Below, in pieces: positions 46,327-54,473 of a stretch of DNA of 64,000 nt. Origin of the DNA: Spirochaetia bacterium (GTDB taxonomy: Bacteria > Spirochaetota > Spirochaetia > SZUA-6 > Bin103). Each line of letters begins with the position of its first letter. The first letter of the stretch is position 1. The stretch is from contig OZ241863.1 of the NCBI GenBank assembly GCA_965203055.1, forward strand, positions 3,232,001-3,296,000, written 5' to 3'. A program made the translations under genes and the position numbers. Below the pieces are notes generated by a model, which worked only from the letters and a program-made list of their open reading frames with translations, was not told where the DNA came from and did no database searches.

Positions 46327-47082
46327 GATGTCTCCCTCCGGTCCCGGTATCTGCCGCTGCAGTTCCTTGGCAAATCGCCCCCGCAACGGTTCCCTTTGGG
46401 TCGCCAGCACGTACCACACGAACATGCTCTGCTCCCCACCCCCGCGGCGCGCCAGTTCCGCCAGCAGCGGCAGCGCTCGCTCCAACGCCGGCCATGCCAC
46501 CGCCGCACGGTATACCGCCAGCATCATCAGCTGCGCCAGCCGCCCCTTCATCATGCCACGCACCCCCTCCGGCGGGGTCTCCGAATGGTCGATCAGCACG
46601 TGCTCGAAGCTCGGCAGCCACCGCCACCCACGCACCTCACGCGGGAACAACTCCGAAAACTCGGTCGCGTAGCGCCAGCGTCCGCTTCCCAGATAGAACA
46701 CCATCGGCACGATCGGGCGCAACTCCGTCTCCGCAGGATAGCGCCGCCGGTCCCGGTCCCAGATACGGCAGCAGTACTGCAACAGCCGCAGGCGCATCCA
46801 GCGGTCACGGTTCCGCACCGTGGACTGATGCTCCAGCAGCACGTACAGCCAGGCCGGCGCGCCGCCCGCGCGGCGCCGGATGGAGTACAGCAGATCGGAC
46901 TCGGTGGCGCGCAGGTCCGGGGCGATGAAGGAGCTGTTCTCGGCGGCCAGGGTGGACCACTGCAGGCCGTTGGCGATGGCCGGCGGCAGATGCGCGCGCA
47001 GCAGACCGACCGCTTCGGCGGGTTCGCCGAACACGGCGCGGAACAGGTTGTCGTGCGGCTGCGCCAAGTCGTCGTTCGCCAT
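46129..47082 (-). CDS. Rpn family recombination-promoting nuclease / YhgA-like putative transposase
   Basis: PHDNLFRAVF, SFIAPDLR..SDLLYS, YVLLEHQS, PIVPMVFY.G and C-terminal QQGRQEG. Confidence 0.9.
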   Translation of the reverse strand: MANDDLAQPHDNLFRAVFGEPAEAVGLLRAHLPPAIANGLQWSTLAAENSSFIAPDLRATESDLLYSIRRRAGGAPAWLYVLLEHQSTVRNRDRWMRLRLLQYCCRIWDRDRRRYPAETELRPIVPMVFYLGSGRWRYATEFSELFPREVRGWRWLPSFEHVLIDHSETPPEGVRGMMKGRLAQLMMLAVYRAAVAWPALERALPLLAELARRGGGEQSMFVWYVLATQREPLRGRFAKELQRQIPGPEGDIMNYVEEIKQQGRQEGELKGRLETIEGFLRAGIGWPVIRSATGIDEQTYRAFKRDSANGAERAAPR

Positions 47083-47376
47083 GCTTCAGACCGGTTCCCC
47101 GCTGCCCGCGGGGCGCGGCCTGCGCCGTGCCCGGGGAGCAATCGCGTCCGAGACGCCGCGGCGGTGCGAGTCCCGCGGGCCGGCGCGGACGCCGGCGGTG
47201 GCCGCCGCGAGACCGGTAAACACCAAGCGGATCAGATAATCGTGGTGGGGCTGACACAGGAGCGGTATCATCTCTCTGACTGTTACTACGGCGCGGCGTC
47301 CGCGCCGCTTTTCTGTTCGGCGAACTCGTGGAAGGAAAATCGCACGCCTGCGGCGGCAGGCAGGAGGGGACTTCGG

Positions 47377-49728
47377 TCACTCTCCCCCGCCTACCTGCAC
47401 CCGAAGCTGCTGGCCGGCCAGGGTCTGGCGCGCCCAGAACAGGTTCTGGCTCGCGTCGTTGCCGCCCGCCGCCAGGATGGCGGTGCCGGTCGCGGTGGTG
47501 CCGCCGCTCGGCGCCGCCGTAAAGGTCACGCTCGGGGCGGTCACGTAGCCGCTCCCCCCGTTGGTGACCTCCACGGACCGGATGACGTATTCATAGACCG
47601 CGGTGCCGACCGCCGTGGTGCCGCCGGTCGGCGCCGCCGTAAAGGTCACGGTCGGGGCCGAGGTGTAGCCGCTGCCGGGGTTGGTGACCGTCGCCGTCGG
47701 GACGGCGTAGGCCATCACCGCGCTGGCGGTCGCCCCGCTGCCGCCGCCGCCCGAAAAGGAGACGGTCGGGGCCGAGGTGTAGCCGCTGCCCGCGGTGCCG
47801 GGCGTCACCGAGCCGACCCCGTAGTTCATCACCGCGGTGCCGGTCGCCGCGGTGCCGGACGACGGCGTCGAAAAGGTCACGGTGGGGGCCGAGGTGTAGC
47901 CGCTCCCCCGGTTGGTGACCGTCACCTCATCTGCCTCGACGAGTACGCTCGCGGTGGCGGTCGCCCCGCTGCCGCCGCCGCCGGTAAGGGAGACGGTGGG
48001 GGCCGAGGTGTAGCCGCTGCCGCCGTTGGTGACGTCAACCCCGGTGATGGTGCTGCCCATCACCGCGCGGTAGCCGGCCCCGCTGCCGCCGCCGCCGGTA
48101 AAGGTGATCGTAGGGGCGGACGTGTAGCCGCTCCCCGCGTTGGTAATGATGACTCCTCGAATGTTGGGGAACATGTTCGCGGTGGCGGTCGCGCCGCTGC
48201 CGCCGCCGCCCGAAATGGTGATCGTGGGGGGCGAGGTGTAGCCGCGCCCCCGTGAGGCCCAGGTTGCCGCGCCCAACAGGATGCGGTTGAACCGCCCGTC
48301 GGATAACGTCGTCCCGGTGCCGGTTGTCGTGGTGCCGCCGGCCGGCGCCGCCGAGAAGGTCACGGTGGGGGCGGACGTGTAGCCGGTTCCCCGGTTGGTG
48401 ATCGTCGTCGACTGGACGGAATCGGGTCCCCACGCGACGCCGGTCGCCCTCGTGCCGCCGGCCGGCGGCGCCGAGAAGGTCGCGGTCGGGACCGAGGTGT
48501 AGCCGCTCCCGTACTGATTGCCGATCCTCGTCACGGAAGCGACGTTGCCGCTGACGGCCGCGGTGGCGGTCGCGCCGCTGCCGCCGCCGCCGGAGAAGGA
48601 GACGGTGGGGGGCGAGGTGTAGCTGCTGCCGGAGTTCCCGACCGTCACCGAAGTGACCCTCCCTCTTGTCGTCGCAGTGGCGGCCGCGCCGCTGCCGCCG
48701 CCGCCGGAAAAGGAGACCGTGGGCGCCCCCGTATAGCCCGCTCCCCGGGTATCGAGCGTCACCGAATCGACGCTGCCGCTGATCGCCGCGGTGCCGGCCG
48801 CGTCGGTGCCGCCGGACGGCGCCGCCGAGAAGGAGACGGTGGGCGCCGACGTGTAGCCGCTGCCGGGGGTATCGACCGTCACCGAGGTGACGCTGCCGCT
48901 GACATCCGCGGTGGCAGCCGCGCCGCTGCCGCCACCGCCGGAAAAGGAGACGGTGGGAGGCGAGGTGTAGCCGGCGCCGGCGGTCGTGACGTTCACCGAA
49001 CCAACGCCGCCGCCGCCGCCGCCCGCTACCGCGGCGATTGCCCGGGTGCCGCCGGCCGGCGGCGCCGACAACGTCACAGTGGGCGCCGCGAGATAGCCGC
49101 TGCCCCGCTCGGTAATCGTGACCGACTCGACGGTGTCCGAGGCGCCCGACTGATCCGGGGCGGTGAGCACCAGCACGATCGCGCCCGCGCTCACTTCGGC
49201 GTCAATAGTCCACTGCGCGCCGCTGAGGTCGCCCGCGAAGGCCGGCGCCGTCGCCGTGCTCGTGAACGGCAGCTCGTTGCCGCCGATCGACACGCTCACC
49301 GTTTCGCCCTCGGCGCCGGTGAGCCCGTCCCAGGCGAACGGCTCGGAGCGGATCGTCAAGGCGCTCGGGTCCGCTGCGGCTGGCAGCGGCAGCGCCGACG
49401 ACCAGGCGTCCTCCCCAAGGGCCCAGCTCTTCGTGGCCGGAGTCGGCGCCGCCGGAGTCGGCGCCGGCGTGGTCGGCGACCCGCCGGCGCCAGTGCCTCC
49501 TCCTCCGTTTCCGCTCGCACCGCCGCCGGCTCCGCCGGTCGCTGCCGGCCGGGCCGCCTGCTGGCACGCCAGCAGGGCAATGCCGATGACCGCCGCCAGC
49601 GCCAGAAGCGCGGCCTTGCAGATATTCCCTTTGACCTTCGCCGGCGGAAGCTGCCGAAGTCGGCCCGATTCTTTCGGTTTATGGGGGGGGGGGGGGGTAA
49701 GCGCTAGCTTGTCGTTGTTGCCGGTCAC
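47377..49728 (-). CDS. Surface lipoprotein with 14 Gly/Thr-rich GSGYTSAPTV repeats (phage-virion-type repeat)
   Basis: GGAGG-7nt-GTG start at 49728; hydrophobic stretch and lipobox LLAC; Pro/Gly linker; 14 copies of Gx(G/S)YxxxPxxxx(S/T) followed by GGGGSGA or APxxGGT spacers. Confidence 0.75.
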   Translation of the reverse strand: MTGNNDKLALTPPPPHKPKESGRLRQLPPAKVKGNICKAALLALAAVIGIALLACQQAARPAATGGAGGGASGNGGGGTGAGGSPTTPAPTPAAPTPATKSWALGEDAWSSALPLPAAADPSALTIRSEPFAWDGLTGAEGETVSVSIGGNELPFTSTATAPAFAGDLSGAQWTIDAEVSAGAIVLVLTAPDQSGASDTVESVTITERGSGYLAAPTVTLSAPPAGGTRAIAAVAGGGGGGVGSVNVTTAGAGYTSPPTVSFSGGGGSGAAATADVSGSVTSVTVDTPGSGYTSAPTVSFSAAPSGGTDAAGTAAISGSVDSVTLDTRGAGYTGAPTVSFSGGGGSGAAATATTRGRVTSVTVGNSGSSYTSPPTVSFSGGGGSGATATAAVSGNVASVTRIGNQYGSGYTSVPTATFSAPPAGGTRATGVAWGPDSVQSTTITNRGTGYTSAPTVTFSAAPAGGTTTTGTGTTLSDGRFNRILLGAATWASRGRGYTSPPTITISGGGGSGATATANMFPNIRGVIITNAGSGYTSAPTITFTGGGGSGAGYRAVMGSTITGVDVTNGGSGYTSAPTVSLTGGGGSGATATASVLVEADEVTVTNRGSGYTSAPTVTFSTPSSGTAATGTAVMNYGVGSVTPGTAGSGYTSAPTVSFSGGGGSGATASAVMAYAVPTATVTNPGSGYTSAPTVTFTAAPTGGTTAVGTAVYEYVIRSVEVTNGGSGYVTAPSVTFTAAPSGGTTATGTAILAAGGNDASQNLFWARQTLAGQQLRVQVGGGE
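49683..49697 (-). repeat. C15 homopolymer tract (G15 on + strand) at codons 11-16 of the lipoprotein gene
   Basis: AT-G15-TAA at 49681-49700; reads ACC CCC CCC CCC CCC CAT in frame. Confidence 0.9.
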
Positions 49729-49955
49729 TTGAAGTCCTCCGAAACTGAGACAGACGCGGCGGAGGAGGCCCGGCCAACGCCCGCGAGATGGCAAATCAGC
49801 AGCAAAGGCTGGACTCGTCGTTCCGCAGGTACCCTGCCGCGCTTCCCGCAAACGCGCGCCAGCCAGCGGAACGCATGCATTTCAGTATCGGCGTCCGTCG
49901 AATCGGTGTCAACGCAAGGTGCGAACGCCCCGAACGCCCTCCCTTCAGGTGGATT

Positions 49956-50026
49956 CTTGAATGAAGCACCGCTTCCGCTTCGAGTGGATTCTCAGGTGAG
50001 GCAATACGACCGCTGCGAGGGCGGGC
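49956..50026 (+). repeat. Right arm of the ~70-bp imperfect inverted repeat (partner 46060-46128)
   Basis: CTTGAATGAAGCACCGCTTCCGCTTCGAGTGGATTCTCAGGTGAGGCAATACGACCGCTGCGAGGGCGGGC. A partial second core, TTCAGGTGGATTCT, lies at 49944-49957. Confidence 0.85.
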
Positions 50027-50083
50027 TCCGGCGCCGCGCGAGCTATCGCCGGCCGCCGCTCCGATGCTATCCTGGGCGGTGTT

Positions 50084-51100
50084 ATGGCACACGACGTGAA
50101 CCGTGCGTGGACGCTGGCGGCGCGGCCGCACGGCGTTCCCAAGCTCTCCGACTTCGCCTTGACCGAGACCGCGGTGCCCGAACCGGGACCCGGCGAGGTG
50201 TTGATCGCCACTCACTATCATTCCCTCGATCCCTACATGCGCGGGCGCATGAACGCTCCCGGCGGCGCCAGCTACGCGGCCGCGGTGCCGGTCGGCGGGG
50301 TGCTGGAAGGCGATGCCGTGGGCGAGGTGGTGGTTTCCAACTCCGAGCGGTTCGCGCCCGGCGACTTCGCCATGGGCAGGATCGGCTGGCAGGAGTATGG
50401 GGTGATGGACGCCCGCGACGTGCGCAAGATCGACCCGGACGCGGCGCCGATCTCCACCTCGCTGGGGGTTCTCGGCATGCCGGGGCTGACCGCCTACCAC
50501 GGGCTGTTCCGGGTGGCCAAGCCGGTGGCCGGCGACACGGTGGTGGTCACCGCGGCCTCCGGCGCGGTGGGCGCGGTGGTCGGCCAGCTCGCCAAGCGCA
50601 GCGGCTGCCGGGTAATCGGCGTCGCCGGTTCGCCCGAGAAGGTGGCCTACGTCACCGGCGAGCTGGGGTTCGACGCCGCCATCGACTACAAGCGGGAGGA
50701 GGTCGCGGCCCGGTTGCGCGCGCTGTGCCCGCGCGGCATCGACGTGTATTGGGACAACGTGGGCGGGCCGGTGACCGACGCCGCCATCGATCAGCTCGCG
50801 GTGTCCGGGCGGGCGGTGATCTGCGGCCAGATCGCCTTCTACAATGCCACCTCGCCGCCGCAGGGGCCGCGCAACATCCCGCGCATGCTGCTGACCCGGC
50901 GGGCGCGGATGGAGGGCTTCCTGGTGTTCCAGTTCGCCGACCGGCATGCGGAGGCGCTGGCGCGGCTCGGCGGTTGGGTGCGCGGCGGCGCGCTGAAGTA
51001 CCGCGAGGACGTGGTCGAGGGAATCGAAAACTCGCCGCAGGCGTTCATCGGCCTGCTGGCCGGCGCCAACTTCGGCAAACTCGTCGTCAAGGTGCGATAA
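50084..51100 (+). CDS. NADP-dependent oxidoreductase (CurA/prostaglandin reductase-like MDR)
   Basis: SLDPYMRGRM, LGMPGLTAY, AASGAVG, DVYWDNVGG and GANFGK. Confidence 0.92.
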   Translation: MAHDVNRAWTLAARPHGVPKLSDFALTETAVPEPGPGEVLIATHYHSLDPYMRGRMNAPGGASYAAAVPVGGVLEGDAVGEVVVSNSERFAPGDFAMGRIGWQEYGVMDARDVRKIDPDAAPISTSLGVLGMPGLTAYHGLFRVAKPVAGDTVVVTAASGAVGAVVGQLAKRSGCRVIGVAGSPEKVAYVTGELGFDAAIDYKREEVAARLRALCPRGIDVYWDNVGGPVTDAAIDQLAVSGRAVICGQIAFYNATSPPQGPRNIPRMLLTRRARMEGFLVFQFADRHAEALARLGGWVRGGALKYREDVVEGIENSPQAFIGLLAGANFGKLVVKVR

Positions 51101-51103
51101 GCG

Positions 51104-51730
51104 TTGAGCGGCGTATTCGTCTATTGGGACAACTCCAACATATTCCACGAGGCGCAGCGCATCGCCGAGGCGGAAGACGCCACCCCCGGCGCGCGCTATC
51201 TGGTGCGCATCCACTTCGACAACATGCTGCGCCTGGCTCATGCGGACCGCCCGCTGACGAAGGCGGTGGCGGCCGGCTCGGTGCCGCCGGAGCTGCGGCA
51301 GCTCTGGAACCGCATGGAGAACCGCGGCGTGGAAGTCAACCTGTTCGACCGCGGCGGTCGGGACCGCGGCGAGCAGGAGACCCCCGACCGATGGCTGCAG
51401 TTGCGGATGCTGGAGGACGCCCTGGATTACAACGGCGATCCCGGGATCGTCGCGCTGCTGACGGGCGACGGCGCGGGGTACGTCGAAGGCCGCGGCTTCC
51501 ATAGCACGCTGCGGCGGATGCATCGGCGCGGCTGGCGGGTGGAGGTGCTGTCGTGGATTCATTCGTGCAACCGCGGCATGCGCGCCTGGGCGGAAGCCAA
51601 CGGCGTATTCGTACCGCTGGACGACTATTACGCTTCGATTACCTTCCGCGAGCCGTCGCGCCCCGGGCACGAATTCGCGCCGGCGCGGGATCAGGCCGCG
51701 CTGGACCTGTCCCGCCGGCCGGTGGCCTAG
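51104..51730 (+). CDS. NYN domain (PIN-like) protein
   Basis: VYWDNSN, EQETPD, LLTGDG and GWRVEVLSW; TTG start. Confidence 0.8.
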   Translation: MSGVFVYWDNSNIFHEAQRIAEAEDATPGARYLVRIHFDNMLRLAHADRPLTKAVAAGSVPPELRQLWNRMENRGVEVNLFDRGGRDRGEQETPDRWLQLRMLEDALDYNGDPGIVALLTGDGAGYVEGRGFHSTLRRMHRRGWRVEVLSWIHSCNRGMRAWAEANGVFVPLDDYYASITFREPSRPGHEFAPARDQAALDLSRRPVA

Positions 51731-52830
51731 CGCGGGGCGTCGAACCGGATGATGCCGCGCTTGTGGCCGCCCTTGAGCAGGTCGGCGTAGGCCTCGTTGA
51801 TCTGCTCCAGGCGGTAGCGGGCGGAGATCAGCTCGTCGAGCAGCAGTTGGCCTGACTGATACAGCGCCAGCAGCCGCGGGAACTCGTAGTGCGGGTTGGT
51901 CGAACCGAAGAACGAGCCGAGGATGCGCTTCTCGTTGACGTGCAGGTCGAGGCCGGGGTAGCGGGTGAACGAACCCATGGGAGCGACTCCCACCACCACC
52001 AGCGCGCCGCCGCGGCGGACGGCGTCGTAGGCGGCCTCCTGCACCGCCGGCAGGCCGACGGCCTCGAACGCGTAGTCCGCGCCGCGCCCGCCGGTGAGGG
52101 CGCGCACCCGATCCTGCGCGTCGCCGCCGGCGACCACGCCGTGGGTGGCGCCGAACTGGCGCGCGATCTCCAGTTTGGCCGGGTCGCTGTCCACCGCGAT
52201 GATCGGATTGGCGCCGCTCAGGCGCGCCCCCTGGACCACGTTCAGGCCCACGCCGCCGCAGCCGTAGACCGCCGCGTTTTCGCCGGGGCGAATCCGCACG
52301 GTGTTCACCGCCGCCCCCACGCCGGTGGTAACCGCGCACCCGACCAGAGCCGCCACCTCGAACGACACCTCGTCCGGTATCGGCACGCACGACTGTTCGG
52401 GCGCCACCGCCTGTTCGGCGAAGGTGGACAGCACGCTGAACTGGGTGACCCGGGCGCCGCCCAGCCGCAACCGCGTGCTGCCGTCCGGCATGGTGCCGTT
52501 GCGCCAATCCCAGTAGGTCTCGCACAGCCGGCTCTGGTCGCGCAGGCAGTAGAAGCAGGCATCGCAGCACGGCGCCCAGTTGAGGATCACCCGCTGCCCC
52601 GGCTGCACGCGGGTCACCCGGCTGCCCACCTCCTCCACCACGCCGGCGCCCTCATGGCCCAGCACCACCGGCATGGGACGCTTGACGTTGCCGGCCACGA
52701 AGTGCCAGTCGCTGTGGCAGGCGCCGGCGGCGGCAAGCCGCACGCGGACCTCGCGCGGCTGCGGCGGCAACAGCTCCACCTCCTCGATGACGAACGGTCC
52801 TCCAACCTGGTGCACTACCGCAGCTTTCAT
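51727..52830 (-). CDS. Zn-dependent alcohol dehydrogenase
   Basis: CHSD, GHEGAG, C-x2-C-x2-C-x7-C structural zinc site and GCGGVG. Confidence 0.93.
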   Translation of the reverse strand: MKAAVVHQVGGPFVIEEVELLPPQPREVRVRLAAAGACHSDWHFVAGNVKRPMPVVLGHEGAGVVEEVGSRVTRVQPGQRVILNWAPCCDACFYCLRDQSRLCETYWDWRNGTMPDGSTRLRLGGARVTQFSVLSTFAEQAVAPEQSCVPIPDEVSFEVAALVGCAVTTGVGAAVNTVRIRPGENAAVYGCGGVGLNVVQGARLSGANPIIAVDSDPAKLEIARQFGATHGVVAGGDAQDRVRALTGGRGADYAFEAVGLPAVQEAAYDAVRRGGALVVVGVAPMGSFTRYPGLDLHVNEKRILGSFFGSTNPHYEFPRLLALYQSGQLLLDELISARYRLEQINEAYADLLKGGHKRGIIRFDAPR

Positions 52831-52875
52831 GTTTTCAATCCTCCTGGCGCCCGGCGGGCGCCGGCTTCAGCTTGC

Positions 52876-53607
52876 TTACTGTACCTGCCCTGACGGCTTG
52901 ACGTATGCGTGGCCGGCCATGATGGCGCGCACCTGGTCCACGCCGCGCGCCTGCAGCAGCCGCCCGACCCGCTCCTCCTCCTGCGCGAGCAGCAGCTTGG
53001 CGTTGGCGACCACCTCTCCCAGCCGCGCGGCCGGGAACTTGACGGCGCCGTTCTCGTCCATGTGGACGACGTCGCCGGGGGCCACGTCCATGCCGCACAG
53101 GCTGACCGGGACCTGCACCGCCTGCAGCTCCTGGGGACCGTGGCCGGCGCAGATGCCGCGCGTCAGGTACTGGAACTTCATCGGCCGGATTTCGTGGATG
53201 TCGCGCGACGGACCGTTGCTCACCGCGCCGACCGCGCCGCACGCCCGCAGCGCGGAGGTCATGTTGCCGCCGGCCAGCCCGACCTTGTCCGCCAGCTCCG
53301 GCGGGAAGCGCTGCTCGAAGCAGAAGATGGAAGGACGGCCGAGCTTGTCCGCCGCCTCCAGGACATCCATCAGGCTGAGCGCGGAGTAGCCCGGATCGGT
53401 GACCCCGTAGGTACAGGTCACCGCGTAGCCGGCGACCGGCCCCAGGTCCGGGTACCAGCAGCGCAGCCGGTTGTCGGTGTACCAGTTGGCCTGCCACGGG
53501 TGGTACAGCTCCAGACACAGCTCGTGGCCGGGATAGGTCGCCACCACGTTGGTTACCGTGGGCGTGTCGATCTGCTTCAGTTCTTCGAGCAATTCCAGGT
53601 CAGACAT
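52876..53607 (-). CDS. RraA family / HMG-aldolase-like protein
   Basis: DTPTVTN, GGNM, GAVSNGPSRD and PGDVVHMDENG. Confidence 0.85.
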   Translation of the reverse strand: MSDLELLEELKQIDTPTVTNVVATYPGHELCLELYHPWQANWYTDNRLRCWYPDLGPVAGYAVTCTYGVTDPGYSALSLMDVLEAADKLGRPSIFCFEQRFPPELADKVGLAGGNMTSALRACGAVGAVSNGPSRDIHEIRPMKFQYLTRGICAGHGPQELQAVQVPVSLCGMDVAPGDVVHMDENGAVKFPAARLGEVVANAKLLLAQEEERVGRLLQARGVDQVRAIMAGHAYVKPSGQVQ

Positions 53608-53633
53608 GTGGTCTCCTTCTCATCAGGTCCTCA

Positions 53634-54389
53634 TCAGGCGACGCCGACTTCCGCCGAAACGTCGCGCTGGTAGGTCGGGCGGATGGTCAGTTCCGGGATC
53701 ATGGTGCGGTGCGGCAGGTCGGCAATCAGGACTATCGCGCGCGCCACGTCCTCCGCCGCGGCCATGGTGGCGCGCGCCTCCGCCGACGGATTGACCGGCC
53801 GGTGGTTCAGGATCGGGGTATCGACCTCGCCGGGAATGACGACGCTGGCGCGCAGCCCGCGGTTCTTGAACTCCGCGTTGAGGTAACCGGTGAAGTTGAT
53901 CACGCCCGCCTTGGCCGCGGAGTAGGCGACTCCGGCAAGCGGGCTGCCGGCCACGCCGGCCAGGGAGGAGACGTTGATGATGGTGCCCTCCTTGGCGTCC
54001 AGCATGGCGTTCAGCACCGCCTGGGTACAGTAGATGGTGCCGGCCAGGTTGGAGTCGACGGTGCTGCGGATGTCCTCCGGCGTGGTGGTCTGCAGCCGGC
54101 GGTTGGGGGAGGCGTGGCCGGCGTTGTTCACCAGCACGTCGATGCGCCCCCAGGCGGCCAGCACCTCGGCGGCCATGCGCTGCGCCGCGCGCTGGTCGGC
54201 CACGTCCAGGCGCACCGCCAGCGCCGCGGCGCCGCGCCGCTCCAGCTCGCCGCGCACCGCGGTGAGCTTGTGTTCGGTGCGGCCTGCGACGACGACCCGC
54301 GCCCCCTGCGCGGCCATCAGCAGCGCGCTGGCGCGGCCGATCCCGCTGCCGCCGCCGGTGACGATGCAGACCTTGTCTTTCAGACTCAT
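53634..54389 (-). CDS. SDR family oxidoreductase
   Basis: TGGGSGIG, NNAG and YSAAK. Confidence 0.92.
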   Translation of the reverse strand: MSLKDKVCIVTGGGSGIGRASALLMAAQGARVVVAGRTEHKLTAVRGELERRGAAALAVRLDVADQRAAQRMAAEVLAAWGRIDVLVNNAGHASPNRRLQTTTPEDIRSTVDSNLAGTIYCTQAVLNAMLDAKEGTIINVSSLAGVAGSPLAGVAYSAAKAGVINFTGYLNAEFKNRGLRASVVIPGEVDTPILNHRPVNPSAEARATMAAAEDVARAIVLIADLPHRTMIPELTIRPTYQRDVSAEVGVA

Positions 54390-54473
54390 GCCGCAAACCT
54401 ATCACAGAGTCGCCGCGTCGAGCAGGCCGCCAGTGGTGGGTTGGTGGGTAGGTGGTGGCCTGGTGGGCGGCGG

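Noticed and set aside
43702..48255. 1517-aa plus-strand ORF, and similar long ORFs at 20375-23419, 49796-52570 and 12540-14624
   Set aside because: These are shadow ORFs (antisense or alternative frame) over well-supported genes in high-GC DNA, with no recognisable motifs.
47500..49110. ~120-bp periodic DNA repeats as a non-coding array
   Set aside because: They are fully explained by the protein repeats of the minus-strand lipoprotein.
47377..49728. Prophage
   Set aside because: There are no terminase, capsid, portal or integrase genes nearby, and the protein has a lipoprotein signal.
49730..49950. Riboswitch in the lipoprotein leader
   Set aside because: I could not recognise any conserved aptamer motif by eye; an Rfam/Infernal search is needed.
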